Source: Tortispora ganteri (taxonomy: Eukaryota). Taken from it: a stretch of 64,000 nucleotides of DNA. Position 1 is the first letter of the stretch; each line of letters begins with the position of its first letter. A program made the position numbers and the translations under genes. The DNA is taken from positions 124,001 to 188,000 of the forward strand of contig PPNB01000003.1 in NCBI GenBank assembly GCA_003707115.1, in the 5' to 3' direction. The notes beneath the pieces were generated by a model. The model had not been told where the DNA came from and did not search any database. It was given only the letters and a program-made list of their open reading frames with translations. Shown here piece after piece: positions 52,462 to 64,000 of this stretch.

Positions 52462-53218
52462 AGTACTTATTTCAGACAATTCTAAAATTATTGATTCACA
52501 ATGAATATTTTATTGTGATAATTGTCCTGTTTGTCCTAGCTGATGTGGGTTAAATATGTGTCTGAAACACTTTGTGCTAGTCAAGGCGAAGGTTAGGAAG
52601 GTCACTGGTCTATGAGAGTGGGGAAAAAGGGCCTCCGTTGCTAGGGGAAATATACTGTCAGGATCAGACGATGTCAGATCAGAGTATTAGATGGAGATGG
52701 TTTTGTGTGACATTTATGTGAAAAAAGTAACAAGATTGCAAGGAGAAAACAATAAAGCAAGTTTCTGAGAGTAAAATAGTAATAACCAATGTATATCCCC
52801 ATGTTGTGTTAAGGTTATGTGTGTGTATGTGTCTGTAACGGCCTCACAGTGACCGTATGAAATTAGCGATTCCTAGGTAGACCTGATCCAATGAAAGCTG
52901 TAGTTCTTCGTTATAGCAGGAAAGAGCAAAAATAAAGTGAGTCACAGTAAATTACATAGAGGTATCTACCACAGAAATAGACTGGCTCTAGATACGACAA
53001 AAAGGACGTGATCAATTAATGCGGTCGCGGTAAATGCTAACGAACCTACTAGGAAAGAACTGCAATCGTTAGACCTTGTAGAGAACTAATGTAACTCTTC
53101 AACCAAACTGCCTTTCATAATAGAGCCTATGGTGCTATATGTATGGCTTAGAAAAACGAGCATTGTGTGGTGTCATTATAGAGCGCGATCGGTCTGAAAG
53201 AGTGAGAATGAGAGCTAT

Positions 53219-53878
53219 TTACATTGCCATTTCCTGTTGAAGACGGCGCAGCTCTTCTTCTTCGTCTTCATCTTCAAGTTGATCTGGCACACTAGGCAAT
53301 GCCACCTTAGAGGGACCGACATTTGTCGGCGGGACAGTACCAGCATTGACCATTTTCGCATCTAATGCTTCTTGCTCCATGGCCTCTAACTCATCAGCTA
53401 GCTCATCATCATCAATCATGTCACTTCCCAGAGGACGCGCGATAGCCTCACCAATTTCCTCAGATAACGCGATTTGATCGCGGATCTCGTCTACGGCAGC
53501 ATCGACCTTATCAATGTCCATATTGCCGTGTATTTGTTTCATAGCCTTTGCGCCCTCTTGCATGACCTTCATTGTCTCGTAGTTGAGGTTAGCGTTCTCG
53601 ATCGCGTCGCTCTGTGCCTGAACCTGCATAATTTGTGCTGTGACTCTTTCTAAGTGCGTTTCATAGGTTTTCTTCTTTCTCAGGGCGTTTTTAGCCGCCA
53701 CTTTGTTGGTGCTGATGTTGGCTCTCGCCAGTTGGTCTTGTTCCATTATTTGCTGTTCAAGGTACTTTTCTTTGCGGCCCAGGAGCTCCAGTTGGGTCCT
53801 GAGTTTCACTATAGCGTTCTTTGGCGCATCTTTCTTGGTTTGTTTAGTGCCAAACATAGAAGATAACCAGGTGGACAT
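53219..53878 (-). CDS. SNF7: ESCRT-III subunit Snf7/Vps32
   Basis: AKNALRKKK, IENANLNYETM, IDDDELADELEAMEQE, C-terminal EEEELRRLQQEMAM. Confidence 0.93.
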   Translation of the reverse strand: MSTWLSSMFGTKQTKKDAPKNAIVKLRTQLELLGRKEKYLEQQIMEQDQLARANISTNKVAAKNALRKKKTYETHLERVTAQIMQVQAQSDAIENANLNYETMKVMQEGAKAMKQIHGNMDIDKVDAAVDEIRDQIALSEEIGEAIARPLGSDMIDDDELADELEAMEQEALDAKMVNAGTVPPTNVGPSKVALPSVPDQLEDEDEEEELRRLQQEMAM

Positions 53879-54094
53879 TGTCGATTAGAATTGAGCCTTA
53901 AGCTGGTGGAATAGTGGATGGGAAATGGCAAGTATGGGTTGGGTTTTCTATGGGTGCGGTTGGTCTGCGGGCGGGTTCAGGGCTTGCAGGCTTGCGGTCA
54001 CAGGCATACGCGTAAGCTGCGTTTCGGGATCCGCAGAATCGCAGCCGAAAATAAGAAAAAAACCAATAAAAAGGTCATTATTATTTGACGTGAG

Positions 54095-55750
54095 TTATTC
54101 AGTAGTCCGCGGCAACATTTTCCTCCCTTTCTGCCTTTTGTCGGCTTCTTTGATGTGAAATCCGTCAGACAAGAGCTCGTGAATCTCTTCCAACGGGAGG
54201 CCAGCGGTTTCCGGGTAGATAAAATATACAAGTACTTCAGAAAGAGCACAAAGTGCTGCAAAAAATGCAAATGTTCCAGTAGGTGTGATGTTTCGCAACA
54301 TAGTTAAGAATGTCGCGGAGACAACCAGGTTTCCGGCCCAGTTAGTAGCAGTAGATAGACCAGTTCCCACACCTCTCACGGCCATGGGGAATAATTCTGA
54401 CTGCTGCCACGGGACATTTCCAATTCCAGATGCATAGAATGCAACATAGATAATCATTGAAACAATAACAATGATGCCCCATGTGTGCTGACTGCCTTCA
54501 AGTGCAGGCGCATTCCCATCTAGTGAAAATGGGATGAAATGAAACGCTATAGCACAAAGAACAAGTCCTGCGCACATACCCCAAAGAGTGCATAATAACA
54601 TTCTACGTCTGCCAAGATGGTCAATTAAAGTGAAAGCGACGCATGTAAAAACAAAATTAGTTCCCGCAACAATAAGGGATACAGCAGTGGAATTAGAAAA
54701 ACCCACACCTTCGAAAATAGTAGCGGAGAAATACATAAGTGAATTGAAGCCACAGAACTGTTGAATTGCTTGCAAAGAGCAGGCAATGAACAGGGCTCTG
54801 AGATTAGAGGGTGATGTGTGCAGTTCTTTATAGTTGTACCAAAGTCTGCTAAGCTTGTTGCGGCCTTTGCTTGTGTCTAAGTTGAAGTCTTGAAGAACTT
54901 TGATCTTTCGTGAAACTTCTGCTTCAGACACGTTTCGATACGTTCGGCGAATGATTCTTTCAGCAGCAGATATATTTCCCGAGCGGACAAGATATCTTGG
55001 GGTTTCTGGCATGAAGAAGAATAGGATAAATTGAGCCACTGCCGGAATGATGCTAAGTGCGACAAGGATACGCCAGCCATTATTGATATGAGTCAGGCCA
55101 GCGCCGATTGCGTAAGCGATGACCTGGCCAGAAGTTATAGCAAGTACGTTCAAAACAACAAGTCGGCCTCTGAACCTAGAGGGAGATAATTCAGAAATAT
55201 AGAGAGGTGCGATGAGAGAAGCGAGACCTACACCCCATCCCATGATGAAACGGCCTACAATCATTGTCCAGACAGTATGCGCGCCGGTTTGTACAGCGGC
55301 GCCGACAACGAACATGATGTTGGCGAACATGATGATACGTTTGCGGCCTAACATGTCAGTTGTGAAGCCTGCTATAATACCGCCGATGAGAGCAGCGAGT
55401 GCCGTAGAAGCTGTGATGAGTTCCTTATCGCTGGAAGAGAGCGGTTTGCCGAGATCAGTGCCTATACTGACCAGAGCACCAGAAATGTATCCGGTATCAT
55501 ATCCAAAGAGAAACCCCGAGAACGATGCGACTAGGGTGAGTAGGAACATGAAAGGATTCATTCTAGCGAGTTCGATATCAGCGGCGACTTCATGGCGATC
55601 GAGATCAGATGTGGGGTTTCGCGAGACAGAGGCGCCTTGAATCCGGTCAAGGTATATATTTGAGTCGCTAGTGAGCTTGGCGGAGGTGTCGGTTGCACTT
55701 TCGTTCGACGGTGTGGGGTCAAGTGATGAGTCACTGCTGTTGAAGTTCAT
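54095..55750 (-). CDS. ITR1: myo-inositol transporter (sugar porter family)
   Basis: FLFGYDTGYISGALV, DMLGRK, PETPR, QQFCGFNSLMYFS, GNVPWQQSELFP. Confidence 0.85.
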   Translation of the reverse strand: MNFNSSDSSLDPTPSNESATDTSAKLTSDSNIYLDRIQGASVSRNPTSDLDRHEVAADIELARMNPFMFLLTLVASFSGFLFGYDTGYISGALVSIGTDLGKPLSSSDKELITASTALAALIGGIIAGFTTDMLGRKRIIMFANIMFVVGAAVQTGAHTVWTMIVGRFIMGWGVGLASLIAPLYISELSPSRFRGRLVVLNVLAITSGQVIAYAIGAGLTHINNGWRILVALSIIPAVAQFILFFFMPETPRYLVRSGNISAAERIIRRTYRNVSEAEVSRKIKVLQDFNLDTSKGRNKLSRLWYNYKELHTSPSNLRALFIACSLQAIQQFCGFNSLMYFSATIFEGVGFSNSTAVSLIVAGTNFVFTCVAFTLIDHLGRRRMLLCTLWGMCAGLVLCAIAFHFIPFSLDGNAPALEGSQHTWGIIVIVSMIIYVAFYASGIGNVPWQQSELFPMAVRGVGTGLSTATNWAGNLVVSATFLTMLRNITPTGTFAFFAALCALSEVLVYFIYPETAGLPLEEIHELLSDGFHIKEADKRQKGRKMLPRTTE

Positions 55751-56347
55751 GTTGACGTCGCTGGTAATAGAGCAAGCCTGAAAAAATAGTTATATACACG
55801 ACGGGCGGAGATCAGCGTGAATTTCAGGGTCGACTTTGGGGTCGGTAATAACGAGTGAATATAGTGAAGCAGGTACTGTTAGCGGAAGGATTCGGGAGTC
55901 ATGGTCAGCGCAGGGTTTTAATGTTAGGTGCCGCTGGCTGTGATTGGCTGGTTTCAGTTCCTGATTGCTATTGACAGGGATAGTGCCGGTAGGAGCGCAA
56001 TGCATTAGCGATTAGAAATTTTTATTCAAAAACATGAAGCAGCCAAAAATGAGAATGACTTAAAGTGAAGGATAGAGTGAGTATAAATCTTAGTGTGAGG
56101 ATGGTGATATGCGACGTATGAGTGGCGGAAACAATGCGCGGTCAATTGTTGAGCAAAAATGAAATAGAGTTAGTCATACAGTTGACAGTAAAGTTTAGGT
56201 GGAGAGATGAAATTGACTAGAACAGAAAGGATGCTAAATGCGAGAGTATAGATGTTTAGGACGATCATATTAATGTTCAGTGGGACGAGGGAAAAGGAGG
56301 TCGAAGTAGATGAATCATTGCACATTTTTGCGATGCTAAGAGCATAT

Positions 56348-56402
56348 TCACGTGTTGCCACTCTTAGAAACGTAAATGGTATAGTTGCCGGAATATCACG
56401 TG
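56348..56402. promoter_or_regulatory. Two TCACGTG E-boxes in the divergent ITR/oxidoreductase promoter
   Basis: TCACGTG at 56348-56354 and 56396-56402 (bHLH sites of the Cbf1/Tye7/Pho4 type). Confidence 0.45.
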
Positions 56403-57034
56403 CGTAGAAAAATAGAAACAGTTAGGTTTGTGCAAGATCGAGTCTAGATCCGGCACGAGATAAGTAAAAGACTAATAGATTAAGCAGAAAGTTCCACGCG
56501 AGTATGGAAGTGTGGTTTTTAAGTGGCGCTAAAGATAGTTGTTGGAGATATTACGAGAGATTTAACGACAAGTAGCCGTTAATATAGAAGAGCTAAGCGA
56601 AATCTACTAATTGTGTGGTATTTCCAATAACAATTTGTAAACCATACTGACGAATAGAATGACATATTAGAGTTGTCCGTTATTTTTTTATATTCAGATC
56701 AGGCCTAGGCTATGGGTCGAAAGTTTAAAATTAATTTAAGGTCTTGAATAGAGTCGAGACTTTTCCGTAGTGAGAAATATCTTTTGCAGTGAAATATACC
56801 TAATAAAAAAAGTATTGAAATAAGAAGCTATTACTAGAAAAAAAAGAACTTTTTTTTGTTTATTGAAGTTATTGTGAGGCGGTTAAAATATATAATAACA
56901 CTTTTGTTATACAATTTGCTTACCTCGACTAGTTTGCCCCATAGTAATACTGTTTATCCTACAACCTGTCCGTTCCTTTTATATACAGTAGTTGCCTGAA
57001 ACACACTCACACTCTCACACACACAACCCATTGA

Positions 57035-58429
57035 ATGTCGAAATCAAATACCACTGTTATTCTTGGTTCAGGAGTAATCGGACTGTCATTAGCTAACTAC
57101 ATCTACGAGCTAGATCCGAGCCACCAGGTCATATTGGTAGATTCCGCTTCTGAACTGTTTAATTGCGCTTCCGGCCAAGGCGCTGGATTTATCACACGCA
57201 CATGGTTTTCCTCCAGTTTGTCACCACTGGCACAGCTTAGCTTTGACCTTCACTGCTCGCTTGCCGCTGCATACTCTGGCATAAAAAATTGGGGGTTTAG
57301 TTTAGCTAGAGCATGGAATATAACCACAACTAGCTCCGCTAACGATCTGCACATACCACCCAACCAACAAGCTGTACCTGAAAATCTCAAACCATGGCTC
57401 CGTGGCCTTTCGGCTGCACACCAGATTTCGTTTCCAAACGAGTCAGCCTCAATCGACCCACATGCTTTCTGTCAATTTCTTCTGCGACATGCCCAGTCGC
57501 TTGGCACATCTATCTACAACCCATATCGCCTCACTTCCATTGCCCCAGCCGATCCTGCGACAGGCTTCAACTACCGCGGTCTACTGACTTACGTTCAGGC
57601 GCCCTCGTCATTTGAGCTCGCTATTGAACGCCATGATGATATAGAAATCTCCTTTGACAACCTCGTCTTTGCCTGCGGGCCCTGGGTAAAAAGCGCCTTC
57701 TCCAATCTCTTCCCAGAAGCTACCAGCACCCCCAACATTGTCCCCATATCGGGGTACTCGATTACATGCCGCCTCAATGGCGTTAGTGGCAGCGATACCG
57801 CTAAGGATGACTATGGTGATACCTCTACAAAACCACTCGAAGAGCAGTCGGCGCTCGTTAACACCCCATCAACACTTTCATCGCCCGACAGCACATACTC
57901 CCCCGACATATTGCCGAATTCCATCACAGCTCAGCCCGAAATCGTAGGTGCTGGCGGTACGTCTGATATCCTTTTCCCATCAATGACTGACGACATACCT
58001 TGGAGCCCCGAGCTGCACGTGAGGTCTAACGGCGACATCTACATATGCGGTAGATACACATACGGTTTCTACACATCGCCCCCTGGAAGCCCCATGTCGC
58101 CTCCAGTCAACGACATTGTGCGCGAACAAATTCCACCTATCACAGACCCAAACTTTTGCGCGCTCATTGAGGCTAGCAGGAAGTTCATCGGCCCTGGAGC
58201 CGATATCGTGAAGCGGTCAGTTTGTGTACGACCCATCCGACCCGGCGGCGTGCCCTATATCGGCAAGATCCCACCCGCTACTGCCATGGGGTTTGATAAC
58301 ATATATATTAGCGCCGGCCACGGCCCATGGGGAATATCGCTTGCCCCAGGCTCGGGCCTTCTGCTCGCTGAGCTCATAGTCAAAGGCGCCATCACATGCA
58401 TTGACGATGCTACACCTTTTCAAGTGTAA
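57035..58429 (+). CDS. FAD-dependent oxidoreductase, DAO family (Tda3-related)
   Basis: Rossmann motif ILGSGVIG, ASGQGAG, FACGPW, CVRP, GHGPWGISLAPGSG. Confidence 0.85.
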   Translation: MSKSNTTVILGSGVIGLSLANYIYELDPSHQVILVDSASELFNCASGQGAGFITRTWFSSSLSPLAQLSFDLHCSLAAAYSGIKNWGFSLARAWNITTTSSANDLHIPPNQQAVPENLKPWLRGLSAAHQISFPNESASIDPHAFCQFLLRHAQSLGTSIYNPYRLTSIAPADPATGFNYRGLLTYVQAPSSFELAIERHDDIEISFDNLVFACGPWVKSAFSNLFPEATSTPNIVPISGYSITCRLNGVSGSDTAKDDYGDTSTKPLEEQSALVNTPSTLSSPDSTYSPDILPNSITAQPEIVGAGGTSDILFPSMTDDIPWSPELHVRSNGDIYICGRYTYGFYTSPPGSPMSPPVNDIVREQIPPITDPNFCALIEASRKFIGPGADIVKRSVCVRPIRPGGVPYIGKIPPATAMGFDNIYISAGHGPWGISLAPGSGLLLAELIVKGAITCIDDATPFQV

Positions 58430-58571
58430 ATACACCCGATTTGATTGAATCGCATACATTCCTTTATTTTTAACGACTTAACGACGTGCACTGGTTGTTT
58501 ATGTTTACGGTAATAATATTAATTTTGGAACACAACTTCTCTTAACTTTCGACTATACCTAGGTACCATTC

Positions 58572-59939
58572 ATGGTTACCTACCAAAAAGCTGACTCACA
58601 GACCGACTTGCAGGTTGACCATCAGGTCAATCTGTCTCATGTTTTCCGTAAACTTGATCTCTGGATCATTCCAATAATATCAGCTATGTATCTAATGTCA
58701 TTCATAGACAGAACAAATGTCGGCTACGCGAATGTTGCCGGTATGTCAAAAGATTTAGGCATGACCTCCCACCAGTATTCAATCGGCTTGTCGGTTTTCT
58801 TTGCTGCATACGTCTCTCTTGAGACCCCCAGTAATGTTTTCCTCAAAAGACTGCATCCGAAATACTACTTGCCTTCTCTTACGATTGTGTGGGGTACAAT
58901 TACCACGCTGTCCTGCCTCGTGCAGAATTTTGGAGGGTTTGTGACGGTTCGGGTACTGCTCGGTCTAACCGAAGCTGGTCTTTTTCCTGGTATGGTATTC
59001 TACCTTAGCATGTGGTACCCACGCCATAAGCAATTATCTCGTTTCAGCTGGTTCTTTTCGGCTGCCTCACTCTCTGGCGCCTTCGGCGGCCTACTGGGAC
59101 GCGGTCTAGTCGCGCTCGATGGCCGTGCTGGCCTTGAAGGCTGGCGGTGGATATTTCTGGTTGAAGGACTGCTCACGGTAGCCGTAGGTTGTTTGGCTTA
59201 CTTTGTGCTCCAAGATGGACCTACAACCGCCTCGTTTCTTACCGAGACGGAACGTTCTGCTTTATTGGCCTTGCTGGCAGCTGACTACAAGCAAGAAAGC
59301 GAAGATTTCGACTGGAAGCTGGTCCGCAGTGCGTTCGTCGACTGGAAGGTGTGGCTAGCTGCGCTGATGTGCGTGAGCGTGGCCATACCCACTTTTTCCT
59401 TTGCGCTTTTCTTGCCTAGTATTGTTGCTAGTATAGGCTATTCGAATGCTGAAGCTCAATTGATGTCTGTGCCGCCTTTTGCCACAGCCTGCCTGTTTAC
59501 GGCACTCATGGGCCTATTGTCGGACAGATGGAGGTATAGAACTCCGTTCATGCTCATCTATTCGACTTTAGGAATGATTGGTTACATTCTGCTTATCGCG
59601 TTGCCGTATAGCGAATCAGGTGCGCGGTATTTTGCAACATTTCTCTGTGCTGTGTCGTTATATGTTTGCTCGGCAATGAACATGGGTTGGCTCGGAAACA
59701 ATCTACAAGGTCATCATAAGCGCGCTACCGGCTGTGGAATCCAGGTATCAATTGGCCAGATAGGCGGTATAGTATCATCGTACCTGTACCCGAGCACTGA
59801 TGCACCTAAATATATCATGGGAAACAGCGTAGCGCTCGGGACTCTTGCTATTGCATTCATAACTACTGTTTTGATGTTCTTGGGACTCAAGTACTGCAAC
59901 CGTCGATCGCCTGATGACGGCTTTAAGTATATGCTTTAA
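58572..59939 (+). CDS. MFS anion:cation symporter (Tna1/Dal5-like)
   Basis: RKLDLWIIP, FIDRTNVG, ETPSN, EAGLFPG, GWRWIFLVEG, DWKVW; about 12 TM segments. Confidence 0.88.
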   Translation: MVTYQKADSQTDLQVDHQVNLSHVFRKLDLWIIPIISAMYLMSFIDRTNVGYANVAGMSKDLGMTSHQYSIGLSVFFAAYVSLETPSNVFLKRLHPKYYLPSLTIVWGTITTLSCLVQNFGGFVTVRVLLGLTEAGLFPGMVFYLSMWYPRHKQLSRFSWFFSAASLSGAFGGLLGRGLVALDGRAGLEGWRWIFLVEGLLTVAVGCLAYFVLQDGPTTASFLTETERSALLALLAADYKQESEDFDWKLVRSAFVDWKVWLAALMCVSVAIPTFSFALFLPSIVASIGYSNAEAQLMSVPPFATACLFTALMGLLSDRWRYRTPFMLIYSTLGMIGYILLIALPYSESGARYFATFLCAVSLYVCSAMNMGWLGNNLQGHHKRATGCGIQVSIGQIGGIVSSYLYPSTDAPKYIMGNSVALGTLAIAFITTVLMFLGLKYCNRRSPDDGFKYML

Positions 59940-59940
59940 A

Positions 59941-59994
59941 TAAGTTAGTTTACGTTAGTTTACGTTAGTCTACGTTAGTTTACGTTAGTTTACG
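59941..59994 (+). repeat. 10-bp minisatellite (TACGTTAGTT) x about 5.4
   Basis: taagttagtt tacgttagtt tacgttagtc tacgttagtt tacgttagtt tacg, directly after the MFS stop codon. Confidence 0.9.
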
Positions 59995-60347
59995 ATCAGC
60001 TCAGCGCAATCAGCTGAGTAGGTGCCGGGCATGATACCTATTCCCTCCTATAACCAGCCTGCACCTCAGCTTAGGCAAACCTTATATTGCCGCTTGAGTT
60101 TCATCTGTCATCCCACGATACCGATACCCCTGCATGCGGATTAGACGATGTGCGAATGTAGTTTTAATGATTATTTTTATTTTGTGAGCTTTTATTTAGA
60201 GATACCAGGTAGATCTGTACAATGACACCTTGACTGGTTGGTTTGGAGGTGCTGGCGCCAGTGTAGATCTGTTGCACTTATAACCTTATTCCTCTATCCT
60301 TGTCAAAACTAGAAACCGACAACTTGTGAAATCCTTCTGAATCAGTC

Positions 60348-62387
60348 ATGAGTGCAACAGAAGATTTAGAAATCTTCAAAATCGATCCGTATTTGAATCC
60401 TTATAAAGATATTATACTGAAACGACGGAAATTAACGCAAAAATGGATCGATTCACTCGAACAGTCTGAAGGAGGCGTGGCTAACTTTGCTCTAGGATAC
60501 AAGAAAATGGGTATTCATGTGCTGGAAAATAACGATGTAGTTTATCGTGAATGGGCTCCTAACGCTGAATCGGCCTCTTTTATTGGAGATTTCTGTAACT
60601 GGGACCGCCATGCCTGGCCTATGACAAGAAATCAGTATGGTATATGGGAAGTCACCGTTCCCGCAAAGGATGGCAATTGTGCAATTCCTCATGGCTCAAA
60701 GATTAAAATATCGATGACTATCCCGGGCGGAGAACGAATTGAACGTATTCCTGCCTGGATTGTTAGAGTCGAGCAGGATCTTTTTAAATCTCCTGTGTAC
60801 GAAGGCATATTCTGGAACCCAGGAACAACCTACACTTTCAAGAACTCCTCGCCTCCCAAACCTGACAGTATCAAAGTCTACGAAGCTCATGTTGGAATAT
60901 CTACACCTGAAGGGCGTGTAGGATCTTATAAGGAGTTCACAAACAACGTTCTTCCTCGTATAAAGTACCTTGGCTACAATACCATCCAACTTATGGCCAT
61001 TATGGAACATGCGTATTACGCCTCATTTGGGTATCAGGTTACCAACTTTTTCGCAGTATCATCTAGATACGGTCCCCCTGAAGATTTAAAGGAACTTATT
61101 GATGTAGCTCACGGTATGGGCATCACCGTCTTGCTAGACGTCGTTCATTCGCACGCCTGCAAAAATGTTCTTGATGGCATCAACTTGTTCGACGGCACAG
61201 ATTATCAATATTTCCACGAAGGTGGCAAAGGTAGACATAGCTTATGGGATTCTAGACTTTTCAACTACGGAAAGTACGAAGTATTGAGATTCTTGCTTAG
61301 CAATCTCCGCTGGTACATCGATGAGTATAACTTTGACGGTTTCAGATTTGATGGCGTCACTTCTATGCTGTACACACATCATGGAATTGGCACTGGTTTT
61401 TCTGGAGGGTATCAAGAGTACTTTGGCCCTAATGCTGACGATGAAAGTATTACTTACTTGATGCTCGCCAACTACATGTTGCACAAAATGAACCCTGATA
61501 TCATCACTATAGCTGAAGACGTTTCTGGCATGCCTACCTTGTGCATTCCGTTTGACCAAGGAGGTATGGGATTTGACTACAGGCTAGCTATGGCTGTGCC
61601 TGATATGTGGATTAAGCTGCTAAAGGAAAAAACAGATGAAGATTGGAAGATGGGAGACATTGCTTACATTTTGACCAATCGCCGTTACAAAGAAAAAACT
61701 ATTGCATATGCAGAGTCGCATGATCAGGCATTGGTAGGAGATAAGACTCTAGCATTCTGGCTAATGGATAAGGAGATGTATACTCACATGTCGGTGCTTA
61801 CCGAGCGCACTCCAGTTATTGACCGAGGTATGGCTTTGCACAAGATGATCCGATTGGTGACTCACTCTCTCGGCGGAGAAGGATATCTTAATTTTGAAGG
61901 AAACGAATTTGGGCACCCTGAATGGCTCGATTTTCCACGTGATGGTAATAACAGCACTTTTCACTATGCCAGACGACAGTGGAATCTGGTGGATGACAAA
62001 CTGCTACGTTACCAGTATTTATACGAGTTTGATGCGCGTATGCAGCATTTGGAGGAAAAGTATAGATGGCTATCATCTCCTCAGGCTTTTATATCGCTGA
62101 AGCACGAAGGTGACAAGGTCCTTGTGTTTGAACGCGCTGGACTTCTGTTCGTTTTCAACTTCCATCCCAGCAATTCATACACGGACTACCGCGTCGGCGT
62201 GGAGGTTCCCGGTGTCTACAAAGTTGTTCTAGATACTGATAGCAAGGATCTTGATGGCCATGGACGAATTGATAGCACCGTTAGGCACTTCACTGATCCC
62301 ATGGGCTGGAACGATCGCGCCAATCATTTACAGCTTTATATCCCCAATCGCACTGCCCTTGTACTGGCACTCGAAAGCACATTATAA
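60348..62387 (+). CDS. GLC3: 1,4-alpha-glucan branching enzyme
   Basis: [45 protein letters not shown] (GH13 branching-enzyme motifs). Confidence 0.96.
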   Translation: MSATEDLEIFKIDPYLNPYKDIILKRRKLTQKWIDSLEQSEGGVANFALGYKKMGIHVLENNDVVYREWAPNAESASFIGDFCNWDRHAWPMTRNQYGIWEVTVPAKDGNCAIPHGSKIKISMTIPGGERIERIPAWIVRVEQDLFKSPVYEGIFWNPGTTYTFKNSSPPKPDSIKVYEAHVGISTPEGRVGSYKEFTNNVLPRIKYLGYNTIQLMAIMEHAYYASFGYQVTNFFAVSSRYGPPEDLKELIDVAHGMGITVLLDVVHSHACKNVLDGINLFDGTDYQYFHEGGKGRHSLWDSRLFNYGKYEVLRFLLSNLRWYIDEYNFDGFRFDGVTSMLYTHHGIGTGFSGGYQEYFGPNADDESITYLMLANYMLHKMNPDIITIAEDVSGMPTLCIPFDQGGMGFDYRLAMAVPDMWIKLLKEKTDEDWKMGDIAYILTNRRYKEKTIAYAESHDQALVGDKTLAFWLMDKEMYTHMSVLTERTPVIDRGMALHKMIRLVTHSLGGEGYLNFEGNEFGHPEWLDFPRDGNNSTFHYARRQWNLVDDKLLRYQYLYEFDARMQHLEEKYRWLSSPQAFISLKHEGDKVLVFERAGLLFVFNFHPSNSYTDYRVGVEVPGVYKVVLDTDSKDLDGHGRIDSTVRHFTDPMGWNDRANHLQLYIPNRTALVLALESTL

Positions 62388-62618
62388 CCCCCGAATCTAG
62401 TCTCGTGTGCACATACGCTACAAATAATTTCTTTGCGGCTGTTCTGAATTATATAAATGAATATGCTTTCTATTTGAATAACGCATCTAACAATAATATA
62501 TGGCAGCGACATTCCTTAAATCCAAGTTCAGACTAGAACCCTAATACACAAGTGGTTTCTATCGGGAACCTTAAAACCCACTCGCTTTTTCTTTCGATTC
62601 CACCTTAGACCAGAACTC

Positions 62619-64000
<1,382 letters not shown>

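Noticed and set aside
56395..56900. Point-centromere-like CDEI (ATCACGTG) followed by AT-rich DNA
   Set aside because: The following DNA is not a very AT-rich CDEII tract and there is no CDEIII at the expected spacing.

Overview
Gene-dense nuclear DNA of an ascomycete budding yeast. The standard code is used (CTG sits at conserved Leu positions), introns are few with GTAAG/GTATGT donors and CTAAC-like branch points close to the AG, and many intergenic spacers are under 200 bp. An early-diverging non-CUG Saccharomycotina lineage is my inference; the species cannot be named from the sequence alone. The window holds about 31 protein-coding genes and two tRNA genes (Asp-GTC, and Trp-CCA with a 9-nt intron). 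Recognisable genes include GPI16, STE20, HSE1, SFT1, CAP1, bL9m, KES1, UFD4, FBA1, PGM, DEF1, UBP16, PBA2, ASN, PEX19, UBC9, ILV6, ARG3, BCY1, SNF7, ITR, GLC3 and ATP2. GPI16, SFT1 and the correct ATP2 frame are missing from the ORF track and were reconstructed by hand. The most unusual region is a block at 33.2-49.1 kb with AT-rich spacers. It carries three tandem full-length P-glycoprotein-type ABCB exporters plus an SNG1-like gene, ends at tRNA-Trp, and shows NBD-restricted sequence homogenisation between the two outer copies. Other oddities are an 88-aa protein-like N-terminal extension on HSE1, a PKA regulatory subunit lacking the D/D domain, a presequence-less OTCase with an altered ENR motif, and an ATP2 22-nt microexon between two CCAAT-containing introns. 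There is also an FBA1 5'-UTR intron and three small orphan genes.
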